Source of the DNA: an uncultured Planctomycetia bacterium
GTDB lineage: Bacteria; Omnitrophota; Gorgyraeia; 2-02-FULL-51-18
Direction of reading: 5' to 3'
Assembly: GCA_964478015.1 (NCBI GenBank)
Contig: CAYZGM010000004.1
Location: forward strand, 1-52,668
DNA: 52,668 nucleotides
This document shows, piece by piece, positions 37,745-45,277 of this stretch. Every line of letters begins with the position of its first letter. Position 1 is the first letter of the stretch. Position numbers and translations under genes: made by a program. A model generated the notes under the pieces. The model was not told the DNA's origin and made no database searches. It saw nothing but the letters and a program-made list of their open reading frames with translations.

Positions 37745-38907
37745 GGAGGTCTGCAATGAAGCCATGGCTCCTGAAAAATAACCAACGCGGCACTGTCTTT
37801 TTGACCACCATGATCTGCGTATTCCTCATGACCCTCACCGGCGGTTACCTGTATAAAATGTCCGCTTACAATTCTAATTTCGCAAACCGCCTGCAAAAAT
37901 CCACCCAGGCCCAAATGTTGGCCGAAGCGGGCCTAAGCCGCGCACTCTCGACGATCCGCGCAAGCTGGAGTGCAGCTTCCAACGCCTCCAATTTTCCTCT
38001 GACCACCTTGGGTCCCGGCACCTACGATGCCTCGGTTAGCACGGTTTCAGGGCGAACCCTGGTTTCTAGTGTGGGAACCGTGCAAAGCGTTCAGCGCACC
38101 GTGACAGCCGAAATTGTTCAGCCATCCGTCGACGCCTTGAACTATGCCTTTGCGGGCGGCGGAACCGGGTCTCACATCCTTGACGTAGGAACAGGCGGCT
38201 CGGCAGGAACAATCACGGGGGACATTTACGGAGCCGGAAACTTTAATTTGGACGGCCCGTCAAGCGGCGGAACTTTAGCGATCACGGGCAGTGTTTACGC
38301 CTCTCAAACAGTAGATACCGGCACCAACACGACGGTATCGGGGACTACCAATTCCAACTGGACCACCACCGTCAACTTCCCAACCGTCGACTTTAACTAC
38401 TACAAGACGATCGCGCAAGCCAATGGCCAGTATTTCGACAGCAAAACATACGCGGACGGGACCCTCCCAGCCAACCCTCCGGGCGGCGTGATATTCATCA
38501 ACGGCGATCTCAGTCTCGTGGGAACTCAGACCACAACGGCCACCCTTATCGCCACCGGCAATATCACGATGGCAAAAAGTGGCAGCACCTATCCTAGAAT
38601 CACGGTCAATCAATACAGCAATTACCCGGCAATGATGACTCAGAACGGAGAGATCACATTCACGAGCACCGGAAACGGCGGGGCCTACTGGGTAACCACG
38701 GGACTCGTTTATGCGGGCACCAACATTCACATCACAGGCGGAAACCACGATACGTTCACGTTCACGGGGTCCATCCTATCGCGCGGGGAGATCCAGATTG
38801 ATCTCCAGGCACAGAACGCCTTGACAGCCACGTACGTCGCCCAAAACCCGCCGGGGATTACGACCTCAGGCAGCAGCTCAAGCCTGATCCGAAGCTACAA
38901 CGTATAA
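37741..38907 (+). CDS. PilX-N-like minor pilin with Gly/Thr-rich repeat (beta-helix-like) C-terminal region
   Basis: 388 aa with an ATGA overlap to the upstream gene. The N-terminal helix is GTVFLTTMICVFLMTLTGGYL...QAQMLAEAGLSRAL. Repeats include ITGDIYGAGNFNLDG, ITGSVYASQTV and IHITGGNHDTFTFTGSILS. Confidence 0.6.
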   Translation: MRRSAMKPWLLKNNQRGTVFLTTMICVFLMTLTGGYLYKMSAYNSNFANRLQKSTQAQMLAEAGLSRALSTIRASWSAASNASNFPLTTLGPGTYDASVSTVSGRTLVSSVGTVQSVQRTVTAEIVQPSVDALNYAFAGGGTGSHILDVGTGGSAGTITGDIYGAGNFNLDGPSSGGTLAITGSVYASQTVDTGTNTTVSGTTNSNWTTTVNFPTVDFNYYKTIAQANGQYFDSKTYADGTLPANPPGGVIFINGDLSLVGTQTTTATLIATGNITMAKSGSTYPRITVNQYSNYPAMMTQNGEITFTSTGNGGAYWVTTGLVYAGTNIHITGGNHDTFTFTGSILSRGEIQIDLQAQNALTATYVAQNPPGITTSGSSSSLIRSYNV

Positions 38908-38945
38908 CAAACCCCCGCCTTTTGAGCGAGGGTTTGTTCTTTCCC
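38908..38945. terminator. hairpin terminator shared by the convergent minor-pilin operon and pilin copy 1
   Basis: CAAACCCcCGC / GCGaGGGTTTG forms a 10-bp stem with one mismatch and a 7-nt loop (38908-38936). It is followed by TTCTTTCCC on the plus strand and starts 1 nt after the plus-strand TAA. Confidence 0.5.
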
Positions 38946-38964
38946 TATCCGTTTAGATCGTCGA

Positions 38965-39315
38965 TTACAGAACGTGCAGGTTTGGAGAGGCCGATTTGCT
39001 GCAAGTCGGAACCGTGCCAATCACGTTGTTCGTGTACGCACCCGCTGACGGGCATACCGGTATCGCATTGCCCTTGAGGTAAGGGGTAATGCTGGCATCG
39101 GCAGCCGCTGCGCCCGTATCCACGTTGTTCTCTATGGCATACTGCTCTTTCGCCGCGTCGATGAGACGCAGGTTGTTGATGCAGGCGTTTCGGCGGGAGT
39201 TGGTTCTGGCCTGTGCGAAATTCGGCACGGCGATCGCAGCCAATAACCCGATAATGGCCACGACGATCATAATTTCAACCAGCGTGAAGCCGGCTGTATT
39301 TTTTTGGAGTTTCAT
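38965..39315 (-). CDS. major type IV pilin / pseudopilin, copy 1
   Basis: 116 aa from ATG 39313-39315, preceded by an AAGGAG RBS. The prepilin signal is MKLQKNTAG|FTLVEIMIVVAIIGLLAAIAVPNF (Gly-1, Phe+1, Glu+5), followed by NACINNLRLIDAAKEQYA. Confidence 0.85.
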   Translation of the reverse strand: MKLQKNTAGFTLVEIMIVVAIIGLLAAIAVPNFAQARTNSRRNACINNLRLIDAAKEQYAIENNVDTGAAAADASITPYLKGNAIPVCPSAGAYTNNVIGTVPTCSKSASPNLHVL

Positions 39316-39458
39316 CGCGTATTTCTCCTTTGGTTTTTTGACTCGCTCGGAGAAGCTTGGATTTCCAAGAGGGACGCTATAATTTATGATGGCGTTGAGA
39401 GCCTCTGTATGCGGAAAACCCTTTACATCTCTTACCAAGTCTATTATATACTAATTGA

Positions 39459-39487
39459 AGTATAACATTAGTAATCATTATTGTCAA
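39459..39487 (-). promoter_or_regulatory. near-consensus sigma70 promoter of pilin copy 1
   Basis: Minus strand: TTGACA (39482-39487), 17 nt, TATACT (39459-39464). This predicts a 5' UTR of about 135 nt. Confidence 0.6.
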
Positions 39488-39500
39488 CATATTGACACAA

Positions 39501-39538
39501 CAAACCCCCGCCTTTTGAGCGAGGGTTTGTTCTTTCCC
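39501..39538. terminator. hairpin terminator, copy 2 of the repeat (downstream of pilin copy 2)
   Basis: Identical to 38908-38945, shifted by 593 bp. Confidence 0.45.
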
Positions 39539-39557
39539 TATCCGTTTAGATCGTCGA

Positions 39558-39908
39558 TTACAGAACGTGCAGGTTTGGAGAGGCCGATTTGCTGCAAGTC
39601 GGAACCGTGCCAATCACGTTGTTCGTGTACGCACCCGCTGACGGGCATACCGGTATCGCATTGCCCTTGAGGTAAGGGGTAATGCTGGCATCGGCAGCCG
39701 CTGCGCCCGTATCCACGTTGTTCTCTATGGCATACTGCTCTTTCGCCGCGTCGATGAGACGCAGGTTGTTGATGCAGGCGTTTCGGCGGGAGTTGGTTCT
39801 GGCCTGTGCGAAATTCGGCACGGCGATCGCAGCCAATAACCCGATAATGGCCACGACGATCATAATTTCAACCAGCGTGAAGCCGGCTGTATTTTTTTGG
39901 AGTTTCAT
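39558..39908 (-). CDS. major type IV pilin / pseudopilin, copy 2 (identical to copy 1)
   Basis: Nucleotide-identical to 38965-39315. Confidence 0.85.
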   Translation of the reverse strand: MKLQKNTAGFTLVEIMIVVAIIGLLAAIAVPNFAQARTNSRRNACINNLRLIDAAKEQYAIENNVDTGAAAADASITPYLKGNAIPVCPSAGAYTNNVIGTVPTCSKSASPNLHVL

Positions 39909-40051
39909 CGCGTATTTCTCCTTTGGTTTTTTGACTCGCTCGGAGAAGCTTGGATTTCCAAGAGGGACGCTATAATTTATGATGGCGTTGAGAGCCTCTG
40001 TATGCGGAAAACCCTTTACATCTCTTACCAAGTCTATTATATACTAATTGA

Positions 40052-40080
40052 AGTATAACATTAGTAATCATTATTGTCAA
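40052..40080 (-). promoter_or_regulatory. near-consensus sigma70 promoter of pilin copy 2
   Basis: Identical to 39459-39487, shifted by 593 bp. The repeat ends 1 nt beyond the -35 hexamer. Confidence 0.6.
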
Positions 40081-40108
40081 CGGGGGCAACCCTGGGGGGT
40101 TACGAAAG

Positions 40109-41314
40109 TTAAACGATCGTGGACATCTTAAATATCGGCATGAACATGCAAATCACGATGCCGCCGATGACGACGCCGAGGAATGCGATGATTAGGGGTT
40201 CGATGAGGCTGGTGATGCCGGAGACCGCGGCGTCGACCTGATCATCATAGAAATCGGCGATCTTGGTAAGCATTTTCTCCAGCTCACCGGTTTGTTCCCC
40301 AACCGAGATCATCCTGACCACGAGCGGCGGAAATACCTTGGTGCGCATGAGAGGCGTCGTGATGTTCTCCCCCTCCCGGATGCTCGCGCGGACTTTCTCC
40401 ACCGCGCTTTCAACGACCTTGTTCCCGGCAGTTTTCCCGACGATCTCAAGAGCCGTAAGAATAGGCACGCCGCTTTTAACGAGCGTCGCAAGCGTGCGGG
40501 AGAACTTGCTCACGGCCACTTTGCGCATGATAACCCCAAAAACAGGCACGCTGAGCTTGAAATGGTCTGCGATCATCGTGCCTTTTTCGGTGCGCAAGAA
40601 TCGTGTGAAGAGGATAAAGGCAACAACCGCGGCGGACGTCCACAGGAAAAAATTATGGATCAGAAAATCGCTGATCGCCACAAGGATTTGGGTCGGCAGC
40701 GGAAGTTCACTTCCAAAATCAGCGAAGATACTTTTAAAAACGGGAACCACTTTCATCATCAGAACCATCGTAATGACAACAGCCATCCCGCTGACCACCC
40801 CAGGGTAGATCATGGCAGAACGCACCTTGCGGATGAGAGAATCCGTCTTCTCCAGGTACATGGCAAGGCGTTCCATGATCGCATCCAGCGCGCCGCTGGA
40901 TTCGCCGGCTTTCACCATGTTGATAAAAAGCTGCGAAAACGCGCGCGGGTGTTTCGCGAGAGCCTCATGAAAAGCGGCCCCCGAGGCCACGTCCTTTTTG
41001 ACTTCTAGAATGATCTTCCGGAAAGCGCGATTCTCAATCTGCTCTCCAATAATCTCAAGACCCTGGACAAGCGGAATTCCGCTGTCGATCATGGTCGCAA
41101 TCTGACGCGAAAAAAGCACCAATTCCCCAAGCTTTATCTTTCCTCCCGCGTTAAATTTGTGGCCGCCGCCTTTTTGCCTTTCCTCCTTGACCGAGATGAT
41201 GATCAGGTCTTGCTTCCTGAGCGCGTCAATCAGCGCTTTTTGATCCTGCGCCTCCGCCGCACCCAAAACCGGGCGTCCGGTGCGTTCCTTGGCGACGTAA
41301 CGATAGGTCGGCAT
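40109..41314 (-). CDS. pilC: type IV pilus platform protein PilC (GspF family)
   Basis: 401 aa with two T2SSF repeats, three TM segments and a conserved ending (EPLIIAFLGVVIGGIVICMFMPIFKM). Confidence 0.92.
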   Translation of the reverse strand: MPTYRYVAKERTGRPVLGAAEAQDQKALIDALRKQDLIIISVKEERQKGGGHKFNAGGKIKLGELVLFSRQIATMIDSGIPLVQGLEIIGEQIENRAFRKIILEVKKDVASGAAFHEALAKHPRAFSQLFINMVKAGESSGALDAIMERLAMYLEKTDSLIRKVRSAMIYPGVVSGMAVVITMVLMMKVVPVFKSIFADFGSELPLPTQILVAISDFLIHNFFLWTSAAVVAFILFTRFLRTEKGTMIADHFKLSVPVFGVIMRKVAVSKFSRTLATLVKSGVPILTALEIVGKTAGNKVVESAVEKVRASIREGENITTPLMRTKVFPPLVVRMISVGEQTGELEKMLTKIADFYDDQVDAAVSGITSLIEPLIIAFLGVVIGGIVICMFMPIFKMSTIV

Positions 41315-41317
41315 GTG

Positions 41318-43039
41318 CTATTCATCCTCCGTTGTGACTCGAATCACCTCATCCAAGGTCGTCACTCCCTGGCAGCATTTTTTTACCGCGTCATCGCGCA
41401 GCGTGGACATTCCCGTCTTAATCGCATAGTCCTTGATCTCGTATGAAGAAACGCGCTTGACGATCATGTCACGAATATTGTCGTCAACCGCCAGCGTCTC
41501 AAGCACAGCCAGGCGCCCGCGATAACCCGTGTTGGAACACTTGTCGCAGCCTTTGCCCCTGAAAAAAGTCCTATTTTTGGGATCCGGCACGAGTTTTTCC
41601 AGCTCGACACCCAATTTCTTGAACACCTCCATCGGAATCTCCACGCTTTCCTTGCAACTCGAGCAGACCTTGCGGCAAAGTCGTTGCGCCGCAACCAAGA
41701 CAACGCTGGAGGCAATGAGAAAAGGCTCCACATGCATGTCAATGAGGCGCGTCATCGCACCGGCGGCATCGTTGGTGTGGAGGGTGCTGAGAACGAGTTG
41801 GCCCGTCAGAGAGGCCTTGATGGCAATATCCGCGGTCTCTGAATCACGGATCTCTCCGACCATCACCACATCCGGGCTTTGTCTTAAAATTGCGCGGAGC
41901 CCATTCGCAAAATCCAACCCCACTTCGGCCCGGGCATGGATCTGCGTGATGCCTTTGACCTGATATTCAATCGGATCTTCAATCGTGATAATATTTCTCT
42001 CGGGTGTATTGAGCTGGCTTAGGACGGAGTAAAGAGTGGTGGATTTTCCGCTACCGGTGGGACCCGTGACCAGGATCATGCCGAACGGTTTGGCAACGGC
42101 CTCCTTGAAAGCCTGGAGTGTTTCAGGAAAAAAACCTAAATTGTCCAATCCGATGTTGATCGAAGATTTGTCCAGGATGCGCATGACAAGCTTGCTCCCA
42201 AAATGCACGGGCAGCAGAGAAACGCGGAAATCCACCTCCTTGTCTTGCAGCTTGATCTTAAACCGGCCATCCTGAGGAACACGATGTTCGGTGATATCGA
42301 GCCGTGACATGATTTTAAGACGCGTCGTGATCGCATTCTGGTTCTTTTTCGGAATCTGAAGGGCTTCTTGAAGTCCTCCGTCAATACGGTACCGGACACG
42401 CACGGTGTGCTCAAAAGGTTCTATATGGATATCGCTGGCTCGTTTTTTAAGCGCCTCGCGGAGAATCAAGTCCACCATCTTCACAATCGGCGCTTCATTG
42501 CTCTGCTCGCCGATCGACGACACATCGGAGTCGTCGGTGCTCTTGACCACCTCCAGATCCTCGCCCCCCAGCTGGCTTGCGATTTCTTTCATACTCTCGC
42601 CTTCGGACGCATAAACTTTGTCGAGCGCGTCGAACACGTCTTTCTCAGTGGCTAACACACAGTCAATCTTGCTTTTTGTCAGAATACCGATGTCGTCCAC
42701 CGCAATGATATTGAACGGATCCACCATGGCCAGGGTCAGGGTACTGCCCATTCTGGACACCGGAACGATCTGGTGCTTGCGGGCCATCTTTTCAGGGATC
42801 AGCCTGACGATCTCGGGATCAATCTTGTATTTGTTTAGGTTGAGGAAAGGGATTTCGAGTTCAGCGGATAAAAGAGACGTCAGCTCCTTGTCGCTGATAA
42901 GGCCCATCCTTACAAGAACATTGCGCAGCTTTCCGCTGCCTTCCTTGGCGTACTCGACGAGAGCTTTTTGGATGTCTTCTTCGCTGATGCGCTTAGAGGC
43001 CTTTAGAACTTCTACGATGCGTTCACTTAAATTTTTCAT
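41318..43039 (-). CDS. pilB: type IV pilus extension ATPase PilB (GspE family)
   Basis: 573 aa with an N-terminal T2SSE_N-like domain and Walker A GPTGSGKSTT. It has the Asp and His boxes and the tetracysteine motif CSSC...CDKC typical of extension ATPases. Confidence 0.92.
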   Translation of the reverse strand: MKNLSERIVEVLKASKRISEEDIQKALVEYAKEGSGKLRNVLVRMGLISDKELTSLLSAELEIPFLNLNKYKIDPEIVRLIPEKMARKHQIVPVSRMGSTLTLAMVDPFNIIAVDDIGILTKSKIDCVLATEKDVFDALDKVYASEGESMKEIASQLGGEDLEVVKSTDDSDVSSIGEQSNEAPIVKMVDLILREALKKRASDIHIEPFEHTVRVRYRIDGGLQEALQIPKKNQNAITTRLKIMSRLDITEHRVPQDGRFKIKLQDKEVDFRVSLLPVHFGSKLVMRILDKSSINIGLDNLGFFPETLQAFKEAVAKPFGMILVTGPTGSGKSTTLYSVLSQLNTPERNIITIEDPIEYQVKGITQIHARAEVGLDFANGLRAILRQSPDVVMVGEIRDSETADIAIKASLTGQLVLSTLHTNDAAGAMTRLIDMHVEPFLIASSVVLVAAQRLCRKVCSSCKESVEIPMEVFKKLGVELEKLVPDPKNRTFFRGKGCDKCSNTGYRGRLAVLETLAVDDNIRDMIVKRVSSYEIKDYAIKTGMSTLRDDAVKKCCQGVTTLDEVIRVTTEDE

Positions 43040-43040
43040 A

Positions 43041-44795
43041 TTATTCCTCGTCTCGAACGGTCACGCGCATGACCTCTTCCGGCGTCGTGATCCCCTGCAG
43101 TACCTTGGCGATGCCATTCTCCCGAAGAGTCATCATGCCATCCTTACGGCCCTGGCGCTTCAACTCATACTCCTGAGCGCCTTTCAGGATCATCCCTTTC
43201 ACGGTGGGCGTCATCACAATGGCTTCCAAAAGCACCGCGCGGCCCGAATATCCTTTTTTGGAGCAGGCATCACAACCCGGGCTCCGATAAAACACCGGTT
43301 TATGACCGCTTAAATGCTGCTCCGTGATCCCCAGCTGCTTGATCAATTCCTTGGAGGGTTCGTAGCTTTCCTTGCATTTGAGGCAAACTTTCCTGACCAG
43401 ACGCTGAGAGCAGGCCAAGAGGATGCTGGAAGTGATTAGGAAAGGCTCTATCCCCATATTCACGAAGCGCGTGACCGTGCCGGCAGCCGTCGTGGCATGC
43501 AAGGTGCTCAGCACCAAATGGCCCGTGAGAGCCGCTTTGATGGCCACGTCCGCCGTTTCCGTATCACGGATCTCCCCCACCATGATCACATCCGGATCCT
43601 GACGCAAAATAGATCGGAGCGCCACCGCGAACGTAAGATCCACCTCAGAACGGATCTGCACCTGGTTGATGCCCTCGATCTGAAATTCCACGGGGTCCTC
43701 CACCGTGACAATGTTGATATCCGGCTTGTCGATCATTTTCAATACGGAATAAAGAGTCGTGGTTTTTCCGGCTCCGGTGGGACCACAAACCACGATCATG
43801 CCATGGGGATGCTCGGCCGCTTTCTTGAGCGCCGCCAAAGGCGAGAGCTCAAACCCCAATTTATCAATGTCAAGCATCGCCGCGCTCTTGTCCAGAATGC
43901 GGAGCACGACTTTTTCACCAAAATATGTCGGCAGAACCGAGACTCGGAAATCGACATAACGATCTTTCACCCTAATCTTGATGCGTCCGTCCTGGGGAAT
44001 GCGATGCTCGGCAATGTCAAGTTCGGACATAACTTTCACGCGGGAAACCACGCCCGAATGCATGCTACGGGACGTCAATAGCCCCTCCTGCAACATGCCA
44101 TCCACACGGTAACGCACACGCAATGATTTTTCTTCCGGTTCGATGAAAATATCACTCGAGCGGCGCTTGACACCCTCGCTCAAGATGGAGTTCGTCAGTT
44201 TTACGACGGGTTCTTCCTCCGTCAATCTCAGCAGGTCCTGCGCCGAACCCTCCTGAGTTCCTCCGAAGCCAGAGCCTCCCTCTTGGACCTCGAGACTCTC
44301 CTCTTTTGTGATATCTTTCATGACATCTTGGATTGCCTGGGTCACATTCTCGCCATAATATTGTTCGAGCGCCTCTCGGACGTCCTTGTCGATGGCCAAA
44401 AGAGGTTGGACGACCCTGCCGGTGACATGGCGCACATCGTCCATGGCATGAACATTCACAGGATCGGACATCGCAACGGAAATCATGTTCCCGGTCACCG
44501 AAACAGGAATCAGACAATAGCGTTCCGCCATTTTTCTCGGGATCAATCGGATGACCTCGGGCAGGATCTTGATGCGCGGCAGATGCACGGCCGGGATGTT
44601 CAGTTCAAGGGATAGGGCGTATAGCAGCGAATCCTTGGAGATGTACCCCAACGTCACCAGAAGCTCTCCAAGCCTCTCTTTTTTTTCCTTTTGGATCTCG
44701 AGCGCGTCCGCGAGCTGATCTTTGGTAATCAGCTTTTTTTCGATCAAAATCTGTCCGATACGTTGTCTCAGGGCGCGTTTCATGGGTTGGATCAA
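43041..44795 (-). CDS. second PilB/MshE-type extension ATPase with an MshEN-like N-terminus
   Basis: 584 aa with Walker A GPTGAGKTTT and tetracysteine CLKC...CDAC. The N-terminus carries two 24-residue motifs, RIGQILIEKKLITKDQLADALEIQ and RLGELLVTLGYISKDSLLYALSLE, separated by 5 residues. The ORF-track start is TTG (TTGA overlap with the upstream stop); an ATG follows 4 codons later. Confidence 0.9.
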   Translation of the reverse strand: MIQPMKRALRQRIGQILIEKKLITKDQLADALEIQKEKKERLGELLVTLGYISKDSLLYALSLELNIPAVHLPRIKILPEVIRLIPRKMAERYCLIPVSVTGNMISVAMSDPVNVHAMDDVRHVTGRVVQPLLAIDKDVREALEQYYGENVTQAIQDVMKDITKEESLEVQEGGSGFGGTQEGSAQDLLRLTEEEPVVKLTNSILSEGVKRRSSDIFIEPEEKSLRVRYRVDGMLQEGLLTSRSMHSGVVSRVKVMSELDIAEHRIPQDGRIKIRVKDRYVDFRVSVLPTYFGEKVVLRILDKSAAMLDIDKLGFELSPLAALKKAAEHPHGMIVVCGPTGAGKTTTLYSVLKMIDKPDINIVTVEDPVEFQIEGINQVQIRSEVDLTFAVALRSILRQDPDVIMVGEIRDTETADVAIKAALTGHLVLSTLHATTAAGTVTRFVNMGIEPFLITSSILLACSQRLVRKVCLKCKESYEPSKELIKQLGITEQHLSGHKPVFYRSPGCDACSKKGYSGRAVLLEAIVMTPTVKGMILKGAQEYELKRQGRKDGMMTLRENGIAKVLQGITTPEEVMRVTVRDEE

Positions 44796-45229
44796 GCCTT
44801 GTAAACGTTCTTGATGGCATTCGACACGTCGCTTGACGTCGTGACAAAAACTTGAACCTTAAAATGGGTGAGCATTTCCACATCCTCGATTGCCTGCGTG
44901 TTGAGCGGATTCGACATGGCAATGGTTAAAATATTGCCGACACGGTCGACCGCGACCAATCCATATTGCTTCGCCACATGCTCGGGCAGAATCTTCGCCA
45001 CCTGGGGATCGATCTCGTAACTACCCAGCGGGAGATACGGAAAACCATACTGGGCCGTCAGCGCCTGCGCAATGTCCTCCTCATGAATGTGTTGGAGGCC
45101 AACTAGAATATGCCCAAGCAGCCCTCCTTTTTCGTTCTGTAACGCCAGGGCCTCCTCAAGCTGAGCTTGCGTGATCAGCTTGCAGTCGACCAGAAGCTCG
45201 CCGAGTTGTTTCGAAATAATTTTTTTCAT
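44792..45229 (-). CDS. stand-alone T2SSE_N / MshEN-like domain protein
   Basis: 145 aa that aligns by eye with the N-terminal domains of the two downstream ATPases (LGELLVDCKLITQAQLEEALALQ-NEKGG-LLGHILVGLQHIHEEDIAQALTAQ, then IDPQVAKILPEHVAKQYGLVAV). It has no ATPase domain. Confidence 0.7.
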   Translation of the reverse strand: MKKIISKQLGELLVDCKLITQAQLEEALALQNEKGGLLGHILVGLQHIHEEDIAQALTAQYGFPYLPLGSYEIDPQVAKILPEHVAKQYGLVAVDRVGNILTIAMSNPLNTQAIEDVEMLTHFKVQVFVTTSSDVSNAIKNVYKA

Positions 45230-45277
45230 GGGTTACGCCGTCGAAGAATCCCCATCGTCTTAAGTTCCCCGCAAACA

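Larger units (their letters stand above)
38906..40081. repeat. perfect tandem duplication (2 x 583 bp, period 593 bp) of the major pilin transcription unit
   Basis: 38906-39488 and 39499-40081 are identical by direct base comparison. A 10-bp junction ATATTGACAC lies at 39489-39498. Confidence 0.95.

Noticed and set aside
38965-39438. 157-aa versions of the pilin ORFs (also 39558-40031), which would give a ~50-residue leader peptide before the G|F cleavage site
   Set aside because: A strong AAGGAG RBS sits 8 nt upstream of the internal Met (MKLQKNTAG|F). That Met yields a normal 9-residue class III leader. The upstream ATG lies only about 14 nt from the predicted transcription start and has no good RBS. 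The extension (MVRDVKGFPHTEALN...) has no pilin-like feature.
38906-40081. The pilin duplication as a mobile element or cassette insertion
   Set aside because: There is no transposase, integrase, terminal inverted repeat or target-site duplication. The unit is a simple head-to-tail copy of a host transcription unit. The small TGTCAA-cata-TTGACA palindrome at the junction is formed by the -35 hexamer itself.
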